A DNA stretch of 64,000 bases from Eledone cirrhosa (taxonomy: Eukaryota): positions 377,332,001 to 377,396,000 of the forward strand of contig OZ024743.1 of NCBI GenBank assembly GCA_964016885.1, read 5' to 3'. The notes beneath the pieces are model-generated. The model was not told the DNA's origin. It saw only the letters and a list, made by a program, of their open reading frames with translations, and did not search any database. Shown in pieces: positions 15,001 to 27,373 of the stretch; positions within the stretch are counted from its first letter, which is position 1, and each line of letters starts with the position of its first letter. Both the position numbers and the translations under genes were made by a program.

Positions 15001-15593
15001 TGTACTGTTGTGTTGTGCTGTTGTGCTGTTGTGCTGTTGTACTGTTGTGTTGTTGTGCTGTTGTACTGTTGTACTGTTGTGCTGTTGTACTGTTGTACTG
15101 TTGTGCTGTTGTACTCTTGTACTGTTGTACTGTTGTACTGTTGTGTTGTGCTGTTGTGCTGTTGTGCTGTTGTACTGTTGTGTTGTTGTGCTGTTGTACT
15201 GTTGTACTGTTGTGCTGTTGTGCTGTTGTACTGTTCTACTGTTGTACTGTTGTACTGTTGTACTGTTGTACTGTTGTACTGTTGTGTTGTGCTGTTGTGC
15301 TGTTGTGCTGTTGTACTGTTGTGTTGTTGTGCTGTTGTACTGTTGTACTGTTGTACTGTTGTGCTGTTGTGCTGTTGTACTGTTGTACTGTTGTACTGTT
15401 GTACTGTTGTACTGTTGTACTGTTGTGTTGTGCTGTTGTGCTGTTGTGCTGTTGTACTGTTGTGTTGTTGTGCTGTTGTACTGTTGTACTGTTGTACTGT
15501 TGTGCTGTTGTGCTGTTGTACTGTTGTACTGTTGTACTGTTGTACTGTTGTGTTGTACTGTTGTACTGTTGTGCTGTTGTACTGTTGTGCTGT
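1..15593. repeat. 8-bp satellite (TTGTRCTG)n, ~1950 units, open at the window start
   Basis: Continuous TTGTACTG/TTGTGCTG units with rare variants (TTGTAATG, CTATTG, CTCTTG, 5-nt TTGTG units); ends at ...gtgctgtttactaa near 15595. Confidence 0.98.
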
Positions 15594-15732
15594 TTACTAA
15601 TGACATACTATTTACAGTTCACATCTGCAATACCACCATCACAAACACTTAACGACCACCAACGACGTTACCAACAACAACAAAAACAACACAACCAACA
15701 ACAACTAACCAACAGCAACATATTGTGTGTGT

Positions 15733-15787
15733 GCGGGGCCGGATTTAATGGGGGTGGGGGCAAAAGGGGCAATTTCCCCGAGCCCCT
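15733..15787 (+). mobile_element. Possible terminus of a hAT-type DNA transposon
   Basis: gcggggccggatttaatgggggtgggggcaaaaggggcaatttccccgagcccc resembles CAGGGCCGGATTT..GGGC..GGGGCAATTGCCCCGGGCCCC hAT ends; partner end not found. Confidence 0.35.
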
Positions 15788-15851
15788 GTAGTGACAGGCA
15801 CGACTAGCAACGGCCGTAGCAATTTATTCGTAGGTAATGTTGTTTCCGGCA

Positions 15852-16320
15852 GCAGACCTTTGGGTGGAAACTGTAGCTCGCTCCTGGCAGATTTATATTT
15901 ATCTTCCTGTAAGTTTGGCTATCTGGACAAGTTAAAGAAGCTTAGGGGAATAGACTTGATTAGTCAGTTGGGTGGATGTTGTAGGTATATTGATGATATA
16001 CTTGTTATTAATTGCGGGCATTTCGTGGCATTATTACACAAAATCTACCCGAAGAGTTTAGAGACAAAGAGGAATGCAACGATGGCAAGATTAATTATTC
16101 TGACGTCACTATCGAGAAGAGTAGTGAGTCGATAAAAGTCTACAATAAGACTAAGGATTTTAGCTTTAACGTAGCTTGGATGCCCTTAGCATCGAGTTGT
16201 ACACCAATATCTTTAGGATACAACCTGTTTTTTTTTCAGTCAAATTATACGTTACGCTAGGATACGTAGCCAGATGAATAGTTTTACAGAAGAAGTGAAA
16301 AAACTCGCAGGGATGTAAAG
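15852..16320 (+). pseudogene. Penelope-like element reverse transcriptase fragment (RT motifs 4-7 and thumb), frameshifted
   Basis: PLGGNCSSLLADLYL...RYIDDILVIN...KIYPKSL, then a shifted frame INYSDVTI..VYNKTKDFSFNVAWMPLASSCTP..GYNLF and a further shift SQIIRYARI; PLE-type RT signature, thumb resembles the Naiad/Chlamys type. Confidence 0.8.
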
Positions 16321-16993
16321 AAAAATTTCTGATACGGCATTTTCGTCGGTGCCTTGGTGTTGAAAGAGAGATTCTAAGAAAATTCGGCGTTATTTCAAGT
16401 TTGCAAATGAATAACGTAGAGCTATGAAATTAGTTTTATTTTCATTGAGGTCTAAGAAAATTTAGCATGTTTACCTTGAGGTAATAAATACAAAGGGGCG
16501 TACAATTTAGTTTACATTCAGGTTGTAGAAATTTAGCTTATTTGCTTTGAAGGAGTATATTTAAGGGAATTCCTGCTGCTGATATTTGGCCAATATTCGA
16601 CTTAATAAGAATAATTGAGCATATTTGTTTTGAAGTAATACATTTAAAGAGATTCCTTCCGTTGATTTTGACCAATATCTGACCGAAATGCCATGGGTAA
16701 AGTTAGAGACAAGGCTACGGGTGAGGGGATGACCAAGGTCATTGTTTTCTTTCTTTCTTGTTTCTTTCTCTCTTTGTTCATTTCTTTTCTTTGCGTTTGG
16801 CCTGAAAGATTAGACACGTTTTAGGAGATGGACTCTAATCTGGTAGGTCTTAATTTTGTTAAATAATTTTGCAAATCTCTATTTGCATATTTGATCTTAT
16901 TTGTACTTGTATGTTTGTGTATATATGATTTAATCTTAATTATGTTTTACATTCATCGGTGTATATTTATATTTATATGTGTGTAAATAATGG

Positions 16994-17205
16994 GTTCTTA
17001 TATAGGCATAAGGCCAGCAATTTGGGGGGAGGGGAAAGTCGATTAAATCAACCACAGTACGTGACTGGTACTATTTTATCGACCCCGTAAGGATGAAAGC
17101 CAAAGTTAACTTCGGTGAGATTTGAACTCAGATCATAAAGGGCCGTAACTCTATGCTGCAAAGCATGGTGTCCGGCCCTCTACCTACACTGCTAATCCAC
17201 CGCCC
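16994..17205 (-). mobile_element. tRNA-derived SINE, full length, with 16-bp TSD
   Basis: Minus strand GGCGGTGGATTAGCAGTGTAGG (A box), GAGTTCAAATC (B box), CTTTCATCCTTACGGGGTCGATAAAA core; TSD tgtgtgtaaataatgg at 16978-16993 and 17209-17224. Confidence 0.9.
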
Positions 17206-17224
17206 TTGTGTGTGTAAATAATGG

Positions 17225-17677
17225 CATTGGAATTCATGCTTTCTGCAAGTTTCTGTTGAGAGACCCAAGGATTTGTGCAGCGATAGTTTTGGTCTCTGTT
17301 CAACAGACTCTCAGACCATGTCAATAACTTCCCGTGGTGCTTCTTGGATCGCCCACAATGAATATGGCGGTCCTCAGAAATTGTATTGAGGTTCTCCACT
17401 GTCTCAAAGGTCTCAAACGTCATCACTCAGTTTTGTATATTGGCTTTAAAGGGAGATTTTCCGTTCCAAAAATGCATGAAATTGTTCCTGGACCTGCTTG
17501 TACAAGCTATACGTATAGAAGTGTTTCACATAGCAAATCCAGTGCTGGAGCTCTCATTGGAGTCTTGTTACAATCTCGGACTTTGTATCTGCTTTGTCCT
17601 GAAATGTAAGGGAGGTCGGTTAGAAAATGAATATAGAGTGAGACAAAACATGCGCGAGGCCAGTTTTTTTCACCCTG
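17225..17677 (-). mobile_element. Decayed Tc1/mariner-superfamily fragment (TIR end plus N-terminal transposase remnant)
   Basis: Ends ...ttttttcaccctg|TA; broken minus-strand peptide GRSK../EVIDMV*ESVEQRPKLS resembles a transposase N-terminal region. Confidence 0.35.
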
Positions 17678-18249
17678 TATATAATATACACTATACAATA
17701 TACTATATATAGTATATTGTATAGTATATTATATAGGGTATTATATCATTTGTTATATAAGTGTATATTTTGTGTGTTATATAATATATTATATAATGTG
17801 CTATGCAATGTATTAGATAGTATGATAGTATTTTACATAGTACCAGACCACCCGCGACCCGTTGGGTCACGTACACTTCAAAATATTTTTTTTAAATCAT
17901 GTTCACTTAAAAATAATGTTTAAATAATTAAGATATACACAGACATGTATATAATGTGAAATGAAACTGGAACACCCATATATACACGTGTGTGTATGTA
18001 TATATATAAATGTGTGTATGTATACATATATATATATGTGTGTGTGTGTGTGTATATATATATTTATATATGGGTGTCTATGATCTATAGACACTGGTCA
18101 TAGACACACACACACATATACACACACACTCACATATATATATATACACATCACCACCAGCTCTCTCTCTCTCTCTCTCTTCCATTCTCCTTCTCTATTC
18201 CTGACCTCTCTCTATGTCTCTCTTTCAATCTACTCTCTCACAACCACTA

Positions 18250-18332
<83 letters not shown>

Positions 18333-18461
18333 TATTATGGTAAATATTGATGCAATTCAATTCAAGCACTCAACGTACTTTTTCCACATAGGAGTGACGG
18401 AGTAAATATCGAATAAGGAAAAGCGAAGTAGTTTCAGATGTTCAAGTCCTTTAATAATAAT

Positions 18462-18646
18462 TGTTTCTACTTTAGGCACAAGGCCAGCAATTACCCAGTG
18501 CATTACTGGTACTTTATTTTATCGACCCCGTAAGGACGAAAGGCAAAGTCAACCTCGGCGGGATTTGAACTCAGATCGTAAAGGGACGTAACTATGCTGG
18601 AAAGCATGGCGCCCGACCCTCTACCGATACTGCCAATCCACCGCCC
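18462..18646 (-). mobile_element. tRNA-derived SINE with 20-bp TSD
   Basis: Same family as 16994; TSD tcaagtcctttaataataat at 18442-18461 and 18647-18666. Confidence 0.92.
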
Positions 18647-18666
18647 TCAAGTCCTTTAATAATAAT

Positions 18667-18740
18667 GCTGTGATATATATTTCAGTGACGACACTGGCCA
18701 CACTGTTCTGTGTGCGAGTGTCGTGTCATCATCAGACAGC
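18667..18740 (-). ncRNA. Type I hammerhead ribozyme motif
   Basis: GCTGT-CTGATGA-[TGACACGACACT..CACAC/GTGTG..AGTGTCGTCACT]-GAAA-TATATA-TC-ACAGC; stem I GCTGT/ACAGC, long stem II with an irregular base, palindromic stem III, AUC triplet. Confidence 0.72.
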
Positions 18741-18925
18741 TTGTTACATAATAAGGTTATGTTTCCGAGGCAATCCAAATTGGATCGACGTGGGAACGGA
18801 TGAATTGCGTGTTTTGGGGTTTTTCATCCGCTCCCCTGTGAGTACCAATTCACCCCCACCGGCCTGCGCAAGCGCATGTCCGAAGGAAGTTGACCATTAG
18901 CCACCGCAGATTTCAACGAAATTCG

Positions 18926-18972
<47 letters not shown>

Positions 18973-19627
18973 TGAAGGTACCCGGAAACCCCATATCTTG
19001 GGAACCCGTACTCCGATTTACAAACTTGTTTTATTCCATTTATATTCCCATTTCAGGGTCAACTTCCTTTCAAAGTATTTTCCCATTATGCGCCCTTTTG
19101 GCTGTATTGCATTACAGACCAGCAAGCAAGCAATCACAGTGTTGTACTAGTATATAGATAGATATCACATGATATATATTACCATACAAACACTTTAATA
19201 TTTTTACAAGCCTCAGCCTGTGCGTGGTAACTATCGTACTTTTAATTTCATTGATTCTTATAAATGTATAAAATTGTCAATGTAGATGAGGTATTTATTT
19301 CTATGTAATATATTTTACTGTTTAGTCAAACGGTGGGAGTGGACAGAACCCATAACCCTTTTTAGGGTTTCCAAACCTGGAAAGAGAACGGTTGGAGGGA
19401 TGGCGACGGGAAGATCGAATGCCTGCAATAAAGTTAACGCTGCCGTTAAAGACACCGAAGGGAGTTGTGATTGATGTCAAACCAGATGAGGGATTAAGTT
19501 TATCTCCACGAATAGGCGACAGCGAGATTTGAACTCGGAACCCAAACAACCAGAACAAATACTGCAAGGAATCTTGTCCAACATTTTAACAATTTTACAA
19601 TCCACCCTCCCGGACTGTTCCTCAATT

Positions 19628-22600
19628 TCATCGTCTTTGAAAGGATGAAAGGCAATGTTGACTTCGATGGGGTTTGAACTCAGAGCTTAGAGAGCCGAAA
19701 CAAATACTACAAAGCACTTTGTCCTTCGCTCTAATGTCTCTGTCACTCTGTCCTTCGCTCTAATGTCTCTGTCACTTTGTCCTTCGCTCTAATGTCTCTG
19801 TCACTTTGTCCTTCGCTCTAATGTCTCTGTCACTTTGTCCTTCGCTCTAATGTCTCTGTCACTTTGTCCTTCGCTCTAATGTCTCTGTCACTCTGTCCTT
19901 CGCTCTAATGTCTCTGTCACTTTGTCCTTCGCTCTGATGTCTCTGTCACTTTGTCCTTCGCTCTAATGTCTCTGTCACTTTGTCCTTCGCTCTAATGTCT
20001 CTGTCACCCTGTCCTTCGCTCTAATGTCTCTGTCACCCTGTCCTTCGCTCTAATGTCTCTGTCACTCTGTCCTTCGCTCTAATGTCTCTGTCACTTTGTC
20101 CTTCGCTCTGATGTCTCTGTCACTTTGTCCTTCGCTCTAATGTCTCTGTCACTTTGTCCTTCGCTCTAATGTCTCTGTCACCCTGTCCTTCGCTCTGATG
20201 TCTCTGTCACTTTGTCCTTCGCTCTGATGTCTCTGTCACTTTGTCCTTCGCTCTGATGTCTCTGTCACTCTGTCCTTCGCTCTAATGTCTCTGTCACTCT
20301 GTCCTTCGCTCTAATGTCTCTGTCACTCTGTCCTTCGCTCTGATGTCTCTGTCACTCTGTCCTTCGCTCTAATATCTCTGTCACTTTGTCCTTCGCTCTA
20401 ATGTCTCTGTCACTTTGTCCTTCGCTCTAATGTCTCTGTCACCCTGTCCTTCGCTCTAATGTCTCTGTCACTTTGTCCTTCGCTCTAATGTCTCTGTCAC
20501 TTTGTCCTTCGCTCTAATGTCTCTGTCACTTTGTCCTTCGCTCTGATGTCTCTGTCACTCTGTCCTTCGCTCTAATATCTCTGTCACTCTGTCCTTCGCT
20601 CTAATATCTCTGTCACTTTGTCCTTCGCTCTAATGTCTCTGTCACTTTGTCCTTCGCTCTAATGTCTCTGTCACTCTGTCCTTCGCTCTAATATCTCTGT
20701 CACTCTGTCCTTCGCTCTAATATCTCTGTCACTTTGTCCTTCGCTCTAATGTCTCTGTCACTTTGTCCTTCGCTCTAATATCTCTGTCACTTTGTCCTTC
20801 GCTCTAATGTCTCTGTCACTCTGTCCTTCGCTCTAATGTCTCTGTCACTTTGTCCTTCGCTCTAATGTCTCTGTCACCCTGTCCTTCGCTCTAATATCTC
20901 TGTCACTCTGTCCTTCGCTCTAATATCTCTGTCACTTTGTCCTTCGCTCTAATGTCTCTGTCACTTTGTCCTTCGCTCTAATGTCTCTGTCACTTTGTCC
21001 TTCGCTCTGATGTCTCTGTCACTCTGTCCTTCGCTCTAATGTCTCTGTCACTTTGTCCTTCGCTCTGATGTCTCTGTCACTCTGTCCTTCGCTCTAATGT
21101 CTCTGTCACTCTGTCCTTCGCTCTAATGTCTCTGTCACTCTGTCCTTCGCTCTAATATCTCTGTCACTTTGTCCTTCGCTCTAATGTCTCTGTCACTTTG
21201 TCCTTCGCTCTAATGTCTCTGTCACTCTGTCCTTCGCTCTAATATCTCTGTCACTCTGTCCTTCGCTCTAATATCTCTGTCACTTTGTCCTTCGCTCTAA
21301 TGTCTCTGTCACTTTGTCCTTCGCTCTAATATCTCTGTCACTTTGTCCTTCGCTCTAATATCTCTGTCACTCTGTCCTTCGCTCTAATGTCTCTGTCACT
21401 CTGTCCTTCGCTCTAATGTCTCTGTCACTTTGTCCTTCGCTCTGATGTCTCTGTCACTCTGTCCTTCGCTCTAATGTCTCTGTCACTTTGTCCTTCGCTC
21501 TAATGTCTCTGTCACTCTGTCCTTCGCTCTAATGTCTCTGTCACTTTGTCCTTCGCTCTAATATCTCTGTCACTTTGTCCTTCGCTCTAATGTCTCTGTC
21601 ACTCTGTCCTTCGCTCTAATGTCTCTGTCACTTTGTCCTTCGCTCTAATATCTCTGTCACTCTGTCCTTCGCTCTAATGTCTCTGTCACTCTGTCCTTCG
21701 CTCTAATGTCTCTGTCACTCTGTCCTTCGCTCTAATGTCTCTGTCACTTTGTCCTTCGCTCTAATGTCTCTGTCACTTTGTCCTTCGCTCTAATGTCTCT
21801 GTCACTTTGTCCTTCGCTCTAATATCTCTGTCACTCTGTCCTTCGCTCTAATGTCTCTGTCACTCTGTCCTTCGCTCTAATGTCTCTGTCACCCTGTCCT
21901 TCGCTCTAATGTCTCTGTCACTCTGTCCTTCGCTCTGATGTCTCTGTCACTCTGTCCTTCGCTCTGATGTCTCTGTCACTTTGTCCTTCGCTCTAATGTC
22001 TCTGTCACTTTGTCCTTCGCTCTAATATCTCTGTCACTTTGTCCTTCGCTCTAATGTCTCTGTCACTCTGTCCTTCGCTCTAATGTCTCTGTCACTTTGT
22101 CCTTCGCTCTAATGTCTCTGTCACTTTGTCCTTCGCTCTAATATCTCTGTCACTCTGTCCTTCGCTCTAATGTCTCTGTCACTTTGTCCTTCGCTCTGAT
22201 GTCTCTGTCACTCTGTCCTTCGCTCTAATGTCTCTGTCACTCTGTCCTTCGCTCTAATGTCTCTGTCACTTTGTCCTTCGCTCTAATATCTCTGTCACTT
22301 TGTCCTTCGCTCTAATGTCTCTGTCACTTTGTCCTTCGCTCTGATGTCTCTGTCACTCTGTCCTTCGCTCTAATGTCTCTGTCACTTTGTCCTTCGCTCT
22401 AATGTCTCTGTCACTCTGTCCTTCGCTCTAATGTCTCTGTCACTCTGTCCTTCGCTCTAATATCTCTGTCACTTTGTCCTTCGCTCTAATGTCTCTGTCA
22501 CTCTGTCCTTCGCTCTAATGTCTCTGTCACTTTGTCCTTCGCTCTAATGTCTCTGTCACTTTGTCCTTCGCTCTAATGTCTCTGTCACTCTGTCCTTCGC

Positions 22601-25600
22601 TCTAATGTCTCTGTCACTCTGTCCTTCGCTCTAATGTCTCTGTCACTTTGTCCTTCGCTCTAATATCTCTGTCACTTTGTCCTTCGCTCTAATGTCTCTG
22701 TCACTTTGTCCTTCGCTCTGATGTCTCTGTCACTCTGTCCTTCGCTCTAATGTCTCTGTCACTTTGTCCTTCGCTCTAATGTCTCTGTCACTCTGTCCTT
22801 CGCTCTAATGTCTCTGTCACTCTGTCCTTCGCTCTAATGTCTCTGTCACTCTGTCCTTCGCTCTAATGTCTCTGTCACTCTGTCCTTCGCTCTAATGTCT
22901 CTGTCACTTTGTCCTTCGCTCTAATGTCTCTGTCACTTTGTCCTTCGCTCTGATGTCTCTGTCACTCTGTCCTTCGCTCTAATGTCTCTGTCACTCTGTC
23001 CTTCGCTCTAATATCTCTGTCACTTTGTCCTTCGCTCTAATGTCTCTGTCACTCTGTCCTTCGCTCTAATGTCTCTGTCACTTTGTCCTTCGCTCTGATG
23101 TCTCTGTCACTCTGTCCTTCGCTCTAATGTCTCTGTCACTTTGTCCTTCGCTCTAATGTCTCTGTCACTTTGTCCTTCGCTCTAATGTCTCTGTCACTCT
23201 GTCCTTCGCTCTAATATCTCTGTCACTTTGTCCTTCGCTCTAATGTCTCTGTCACTCTGTCCTTCGCTCTAATGTCTCTGTCACTTTGTCCTTCGCTCTG
23301 ATGTCTCTGTCACTCTGTCCTTCGCTCTAATGTCTCTGTCACTTTGTCCTTCGCTCTAATGTCTCTGTCACTTTGTCCTTCGCTCTAATGTCTCTGTCAC
23401 CCTGTCCTTCGCTCTAATGTCTCTGTCACTCTGTCCTTCGCTCTAATGTCTCTGTCACTTTGTCCTTCGCTCTAATGTCTCTGTCACTTTGTCCTTCGCT
23501 CTAATATCTCTGTCACTTTGTCCTTCGCTCTAATGTCTCTGTCACTTTGTCCTTCGCTCTAATGTCTCTGTCACCCTGTCCTTCGCTCTAATGTCTCTGT
23601 CACTTTGTCCTTCGCTCTGATGTCTCTGTCACCCTGTCCTTCGCTCTAATGTCTCTGTCACTCTGTCCTTCGCTCTAATGTCTCTGTCACTTTGTCCTTC
23701 GCTCTAATGTCTCTGTCACCCTGTCCTTCGCTCTAATGTCTCTGTCACTTTGTCCTTCGCTCTGATGTCTCTGTCACCCTGTCCTTCGCTCTAATGTCTC
23801 TGTCACCCTGTCCTTCGCTCTAATGTCTCTGTCACTCTGTCCTTCGCTCTAATGTCTCTGTCACTTTGTCCTTCGCTCTAATGTCTCTGTCACCCTGTCC
23901 TTCGCTCTAATGTCTCTGTCACTCTGTCCTTCGCTCTAATGTCTCTGTCACTTTGTCCTTCGCTCTAATGTCTCTGTCACTCTGTCCTTCGCTCTAATGT
24001 CTCTGTCACTTTGTCCTTCGCTCTAATGTCTCTGTCACTTTGTCCTTCGCTCTAATGTCTCTGTCACTTTGTCCTTCGCTCTAATGTCTCTGTCACTTTG
24101 TCCTTCGCTCTAATGTCTCTGTCACTCTGTCCTTCGCTCTAATATCTCTGTCACTTTGTCCTTCGCTCTAATGTCTCTGTCACTCTGTCCTTCGCTCTAA
24201 TGTCTCTGTCACTTTGTCCTTCGCTCTAATGTCTCTGTCACTTTGTCCTTCGCTCTAATATCTCTGTCACTTTGTCCTTCGCTCTAATGTCTCTGTCACT
24301 TTGTCCTTCGCTCTAATATCTCTGTCACTTTGTCCTTCGCTCTAATGTCTCTGTCACTCTGTCCTTCGCTCTAATGTCTCTGTCACTTTGTCCTTCGCTC
24401 TAATGTCTCTGTCACTTTGTCCTTCGCTCTAATGTCTCTGTCACTTTGTCCTTCGCTCTAATGTCTCTGTCACTTTGTCCTTCGCTCTGATGTCTCTGTC
24501 ACTTTGTCCTTCGCTCTAATGTCTCTGTCACTCTGTCCTTCGCTCTAATATCTCTGTCACTTTGTCCTTCGCTCTAATGTCTCTGTCACTTTGTCCTTCG
24601 CTCTAATGTCTCTGTCACTTTGTCCTTCGCTCTAATGTCTCTGTCACTCTGTCCTTCGCTCTAATGTCTCTGTCACTTTGTCCTTCGCTCTAATATCTCT
24701 GTCACTTTGTCCTTCGCTCTAATGTCTCTGTCACTTTGTCCTTCGCTCTAATGTCTCTGTCACTCTGTCCTTCGCTCTAATGTCTCTGTCACTTTGTCCT
24801 TCGCTCTGATGTCTCTGTCACCCTGTCCTTCGCTCTAATGTCTCTGTCACTCTGTCCTTCGCTCTAATGTCTCTGTCACTCTGTCCTTCGCTCTAATGTC
24901 TCTGTCACTCTGTCCTTCGCTCTAATGTCTCTGTCACTCTGTCCTTCGCTCTGATGTCTCTGTCACTTTGTCCTTCGCTCTAATGTCTCTGTCACTCTGT
25001 CCTTCGCTCTAATGTCTCTGTCACTTTGTCCTTCGCTCTAATGTCTCTGTCACTCTGTCCTTCGCTCTAATGTCTCTGTCACCCTGTCCTTCGCTCTAAT
25101 GTCTCTGTCACTCTGTCCTTCGCTCTAATGTCTCTGTCACTCTGTCCTTCGCTCTAATGTCTCTGTCACTCTGTCCTTCGCTCTAATGTCTCTGTCACTT
25201 TGTCCTTCGCTCTAATGTCTCTGTCACTCTGTCCTTCGCTCTGATGTCTCTGTCACTTTGTCCTTCGCTCTAATGTCTCTGTCACTCTGTCCTTCGCTCT
25301 AATGTCTCTGTCACTCTGTCCTTCGCTCTAATGTCTCTGTCACTTTGTCCTTCGCTCTAATATCTCTGTCACTCTGTCCTTCGCTCTAATGTCTCTGTCA
25401 CTCTGTCCTTCGCTCTGATGTCTCTGTCACTTTGTCCTTCGCTCTAATGTCTCTGTCACTCTGTCCTTCGCTCTAATGTCTCTGTCACTTTGTCCTTCGC
25501 TCTAATGTCTCTGTCACTTTGTCCTTCGCTCTAATGTCTCTGTCACTCTGTCCTTCGCTCTGATGTCTCTGTCACTCTGTCCTTCGCTCTAATGTCTCTG

Positions 25601-26686
25601 TCACTCTGTCCTTCGCTCTAATGTCTCTGTCACTTTGTCCTTCGCTCTAATGTCTCTGTCACTCTGTCCTTCGCTCTAATGTCTCTGTCACTTTGTCCTT
25701 CGCTCTAATGTCTCTGTCACTTTGTCCTTCGCTCTAATGTCTCTGTCACTTTGTCCTTCGCTCTAATGTCTCTGTCACTCTGTCCTTCGCTCTAATGTCT
25801 CTGTCACTTTGTCCTTCGCTCTAATGTCTCTGTCACTTTGTCCTTCGCTCTAATGTCTCTGTCACTCTGTCCTTCGCTCTAATGTCTCTGTCACTCTGTC
25901 CTTCGCTCTAATGTCTCTGTCACTCTGTCCTTCGCTCTAATGTCTCTGTCACTCTGTCCTTCGCTCTAATATCTCTGTCACTTTGTCCTTCGCTCTGATG
26001 TCTCTGTCACTTTGTCCTTCGCTCTAATGTCTCTGTCACTCTGTCCTTCGCTCTGATGTCTCTGTCACTCTGTCCTTCGCTCTAATGTCTCTGTCACTCT
26101 GTCCTTCGCTCTAATATCTCTGTCACTCTGTCCTTCGCTCTAATGTCTCTGTCACTTTGTCCTTCGCTCTAATGTCTCTGTCACTCTGTCCTTCGCTCTA
26201 ATGTCTCTGTCACTTTGTCCTTCGCTCTGATGTCTCTGTCACTCTGTCCTTCGCTCTAATGTCTCTGTCACTCTGTCCTTCGCTCTAATATCTCTGTCAC
26301 TTTGTCCTTCGCTCTGATGTCTCTGTCACTCTGTCCTTCGCTCTGATGTCTCTGTCACTTTGTCCTTCGCTCTGATGTCTCTGTCACTCTGTCCTTCGCT
26401 CTAATGTCTCTGTCACTTTGTCCTTCGCTCTAATGTCTCTGTCACTCTGTCCTTCGCTCTAATGTCTCTGTCACTTTGTCCTTCGCTCTAATATCTCTGT
26501 CACTTTGTCCTTCGCTCTAATGTCTCTGTCACTCTGTCCTTCGCTCTAATGTCTCTGTCACTTTGTCCTTCGCTCTAATGTCTCTGTCACTCTGTCCTTC
26601 GCTCTAATGTCTCTGTCACTTTGTCCTTCGCTCTGATGTCTCTGTCACTCTGTCCTTCGCTCTAATGTCTCTGTCACTTTGCCGTC
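19628..26686 (-). mobile_element. tRNA-derived SINE split by an internal 7-kb tandem expansion
   Basis: 19640-19714 is SINE body (aaaggatgaaaggcaatgttgac..tttgaactcag..aaatactacaaagc); the SINE 5' end gccgtc resumes at 26681 after the array. Confidence 0.85.
19715..26681. repeat. 29-bp satellite (cacYYtgtccttcgctctRatRtctctgt), exactly 240 units
   Basis: First cactttg at 19715 and last at 26675; 6960 = 240 x 29; only four variable positions seen. Confidence 0.98.
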
Positions 26687-26694
26687 TTACAGTC

Positions 26695-26811
26695 GTTATC
26701 GTAAAGTCGTTAGAGTGTTGGCTATTTGTTCTGAATCTCAACGCTCAGAGTTCAAACCCCGCTGAGGTTCATTTGCCTTTCGTCATTTCTAGATCGATAA
26801 AGAAAGTACCA
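26695..26811 (+). mobile_element. Diverged SINE, head-to-head with the satellite-bearing SINE
   Basis: gtcgttagag..gagttcaaaccccgctgagg..gcctttcgtc..gatcgataaagaaagtaccag. Confidence 0.7.
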
Positions 26812-26991
26812 GCTCTATCTTTTTCTACCTGTTACATTCTGGATAATCTACTCTTCTGGATCAATTATGAGAGGGTGTCTCCTTTTCTCACGACTTCAAG
26901 GGTAGTTAAAAATCTTAACCTGGCGCATACGAGGCCCGTATTTTTTTACAATTATATATATTTATATATATATATATTTATATATATATAT

Positions 26992-27200
26992 AAGGACGAT
27001 TTGTTATGCCTTCATTAACGTTTATTGATTGGTGACACGCGTTTCGCTATTGATCAGCTCAAAGTTCGATCTGTATCGATCTGGCCCGACTCTAGAATCA
27101 AAAGCTCGTCGGACCTCTGCTGTTGTAATGACAGAATGATCAATAGTGAAACGCCTGTCACCAATCAATAAACGTAATGAAGGCATAACAAATCGTCCTT
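26992..27200. mobile_element. Inverted-repeat PLE-terminus remnant carrying the 3' half of an HHR in both arms
   Basis: Arms 26992-27056 and 27137-27200; GCT..AGC-GAAAC-GCGT-GTC-ACC followed by AATAAA; adjacent to (TA)n. Confidence 0.65.
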
Positions 27201-27373
27201 GTATTATATTTACACTCTGTTTAGCTCTACACTTGGCTACAGACGAGAATCTAAACATCGAGTGCTCACCTGGGTAAACCTACAGTAACTTTACGTTACA
27301 CTCCTTGTATGTATATATATATATATTAGTGAAAAAGAACAAAGGAACTATTATGACATTATAACAAGTTTAT

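Noticed and set aside
1-15791. Giant ORFs up to 4652 aa (CCxVVLLx repeats on plus, QQYNSTTV repeats on minus)
   Set aside because: The 8-bp unit has no stop in any frame, overlapping frames give the same peptide, and frame-breaking 5-nt units are tolerated; no sign of coding constraint
16994-17205. tRNA-like A and B boxes
   Set aside because: SINE heads with TSDs, not cloverleaf tRNA genes
19715-26681. CRISPR-like regularity of the 29-bp repeat
   Set aside because: Units are contiguous with no spacers, there are no cas genes, and the context is eukaryotic
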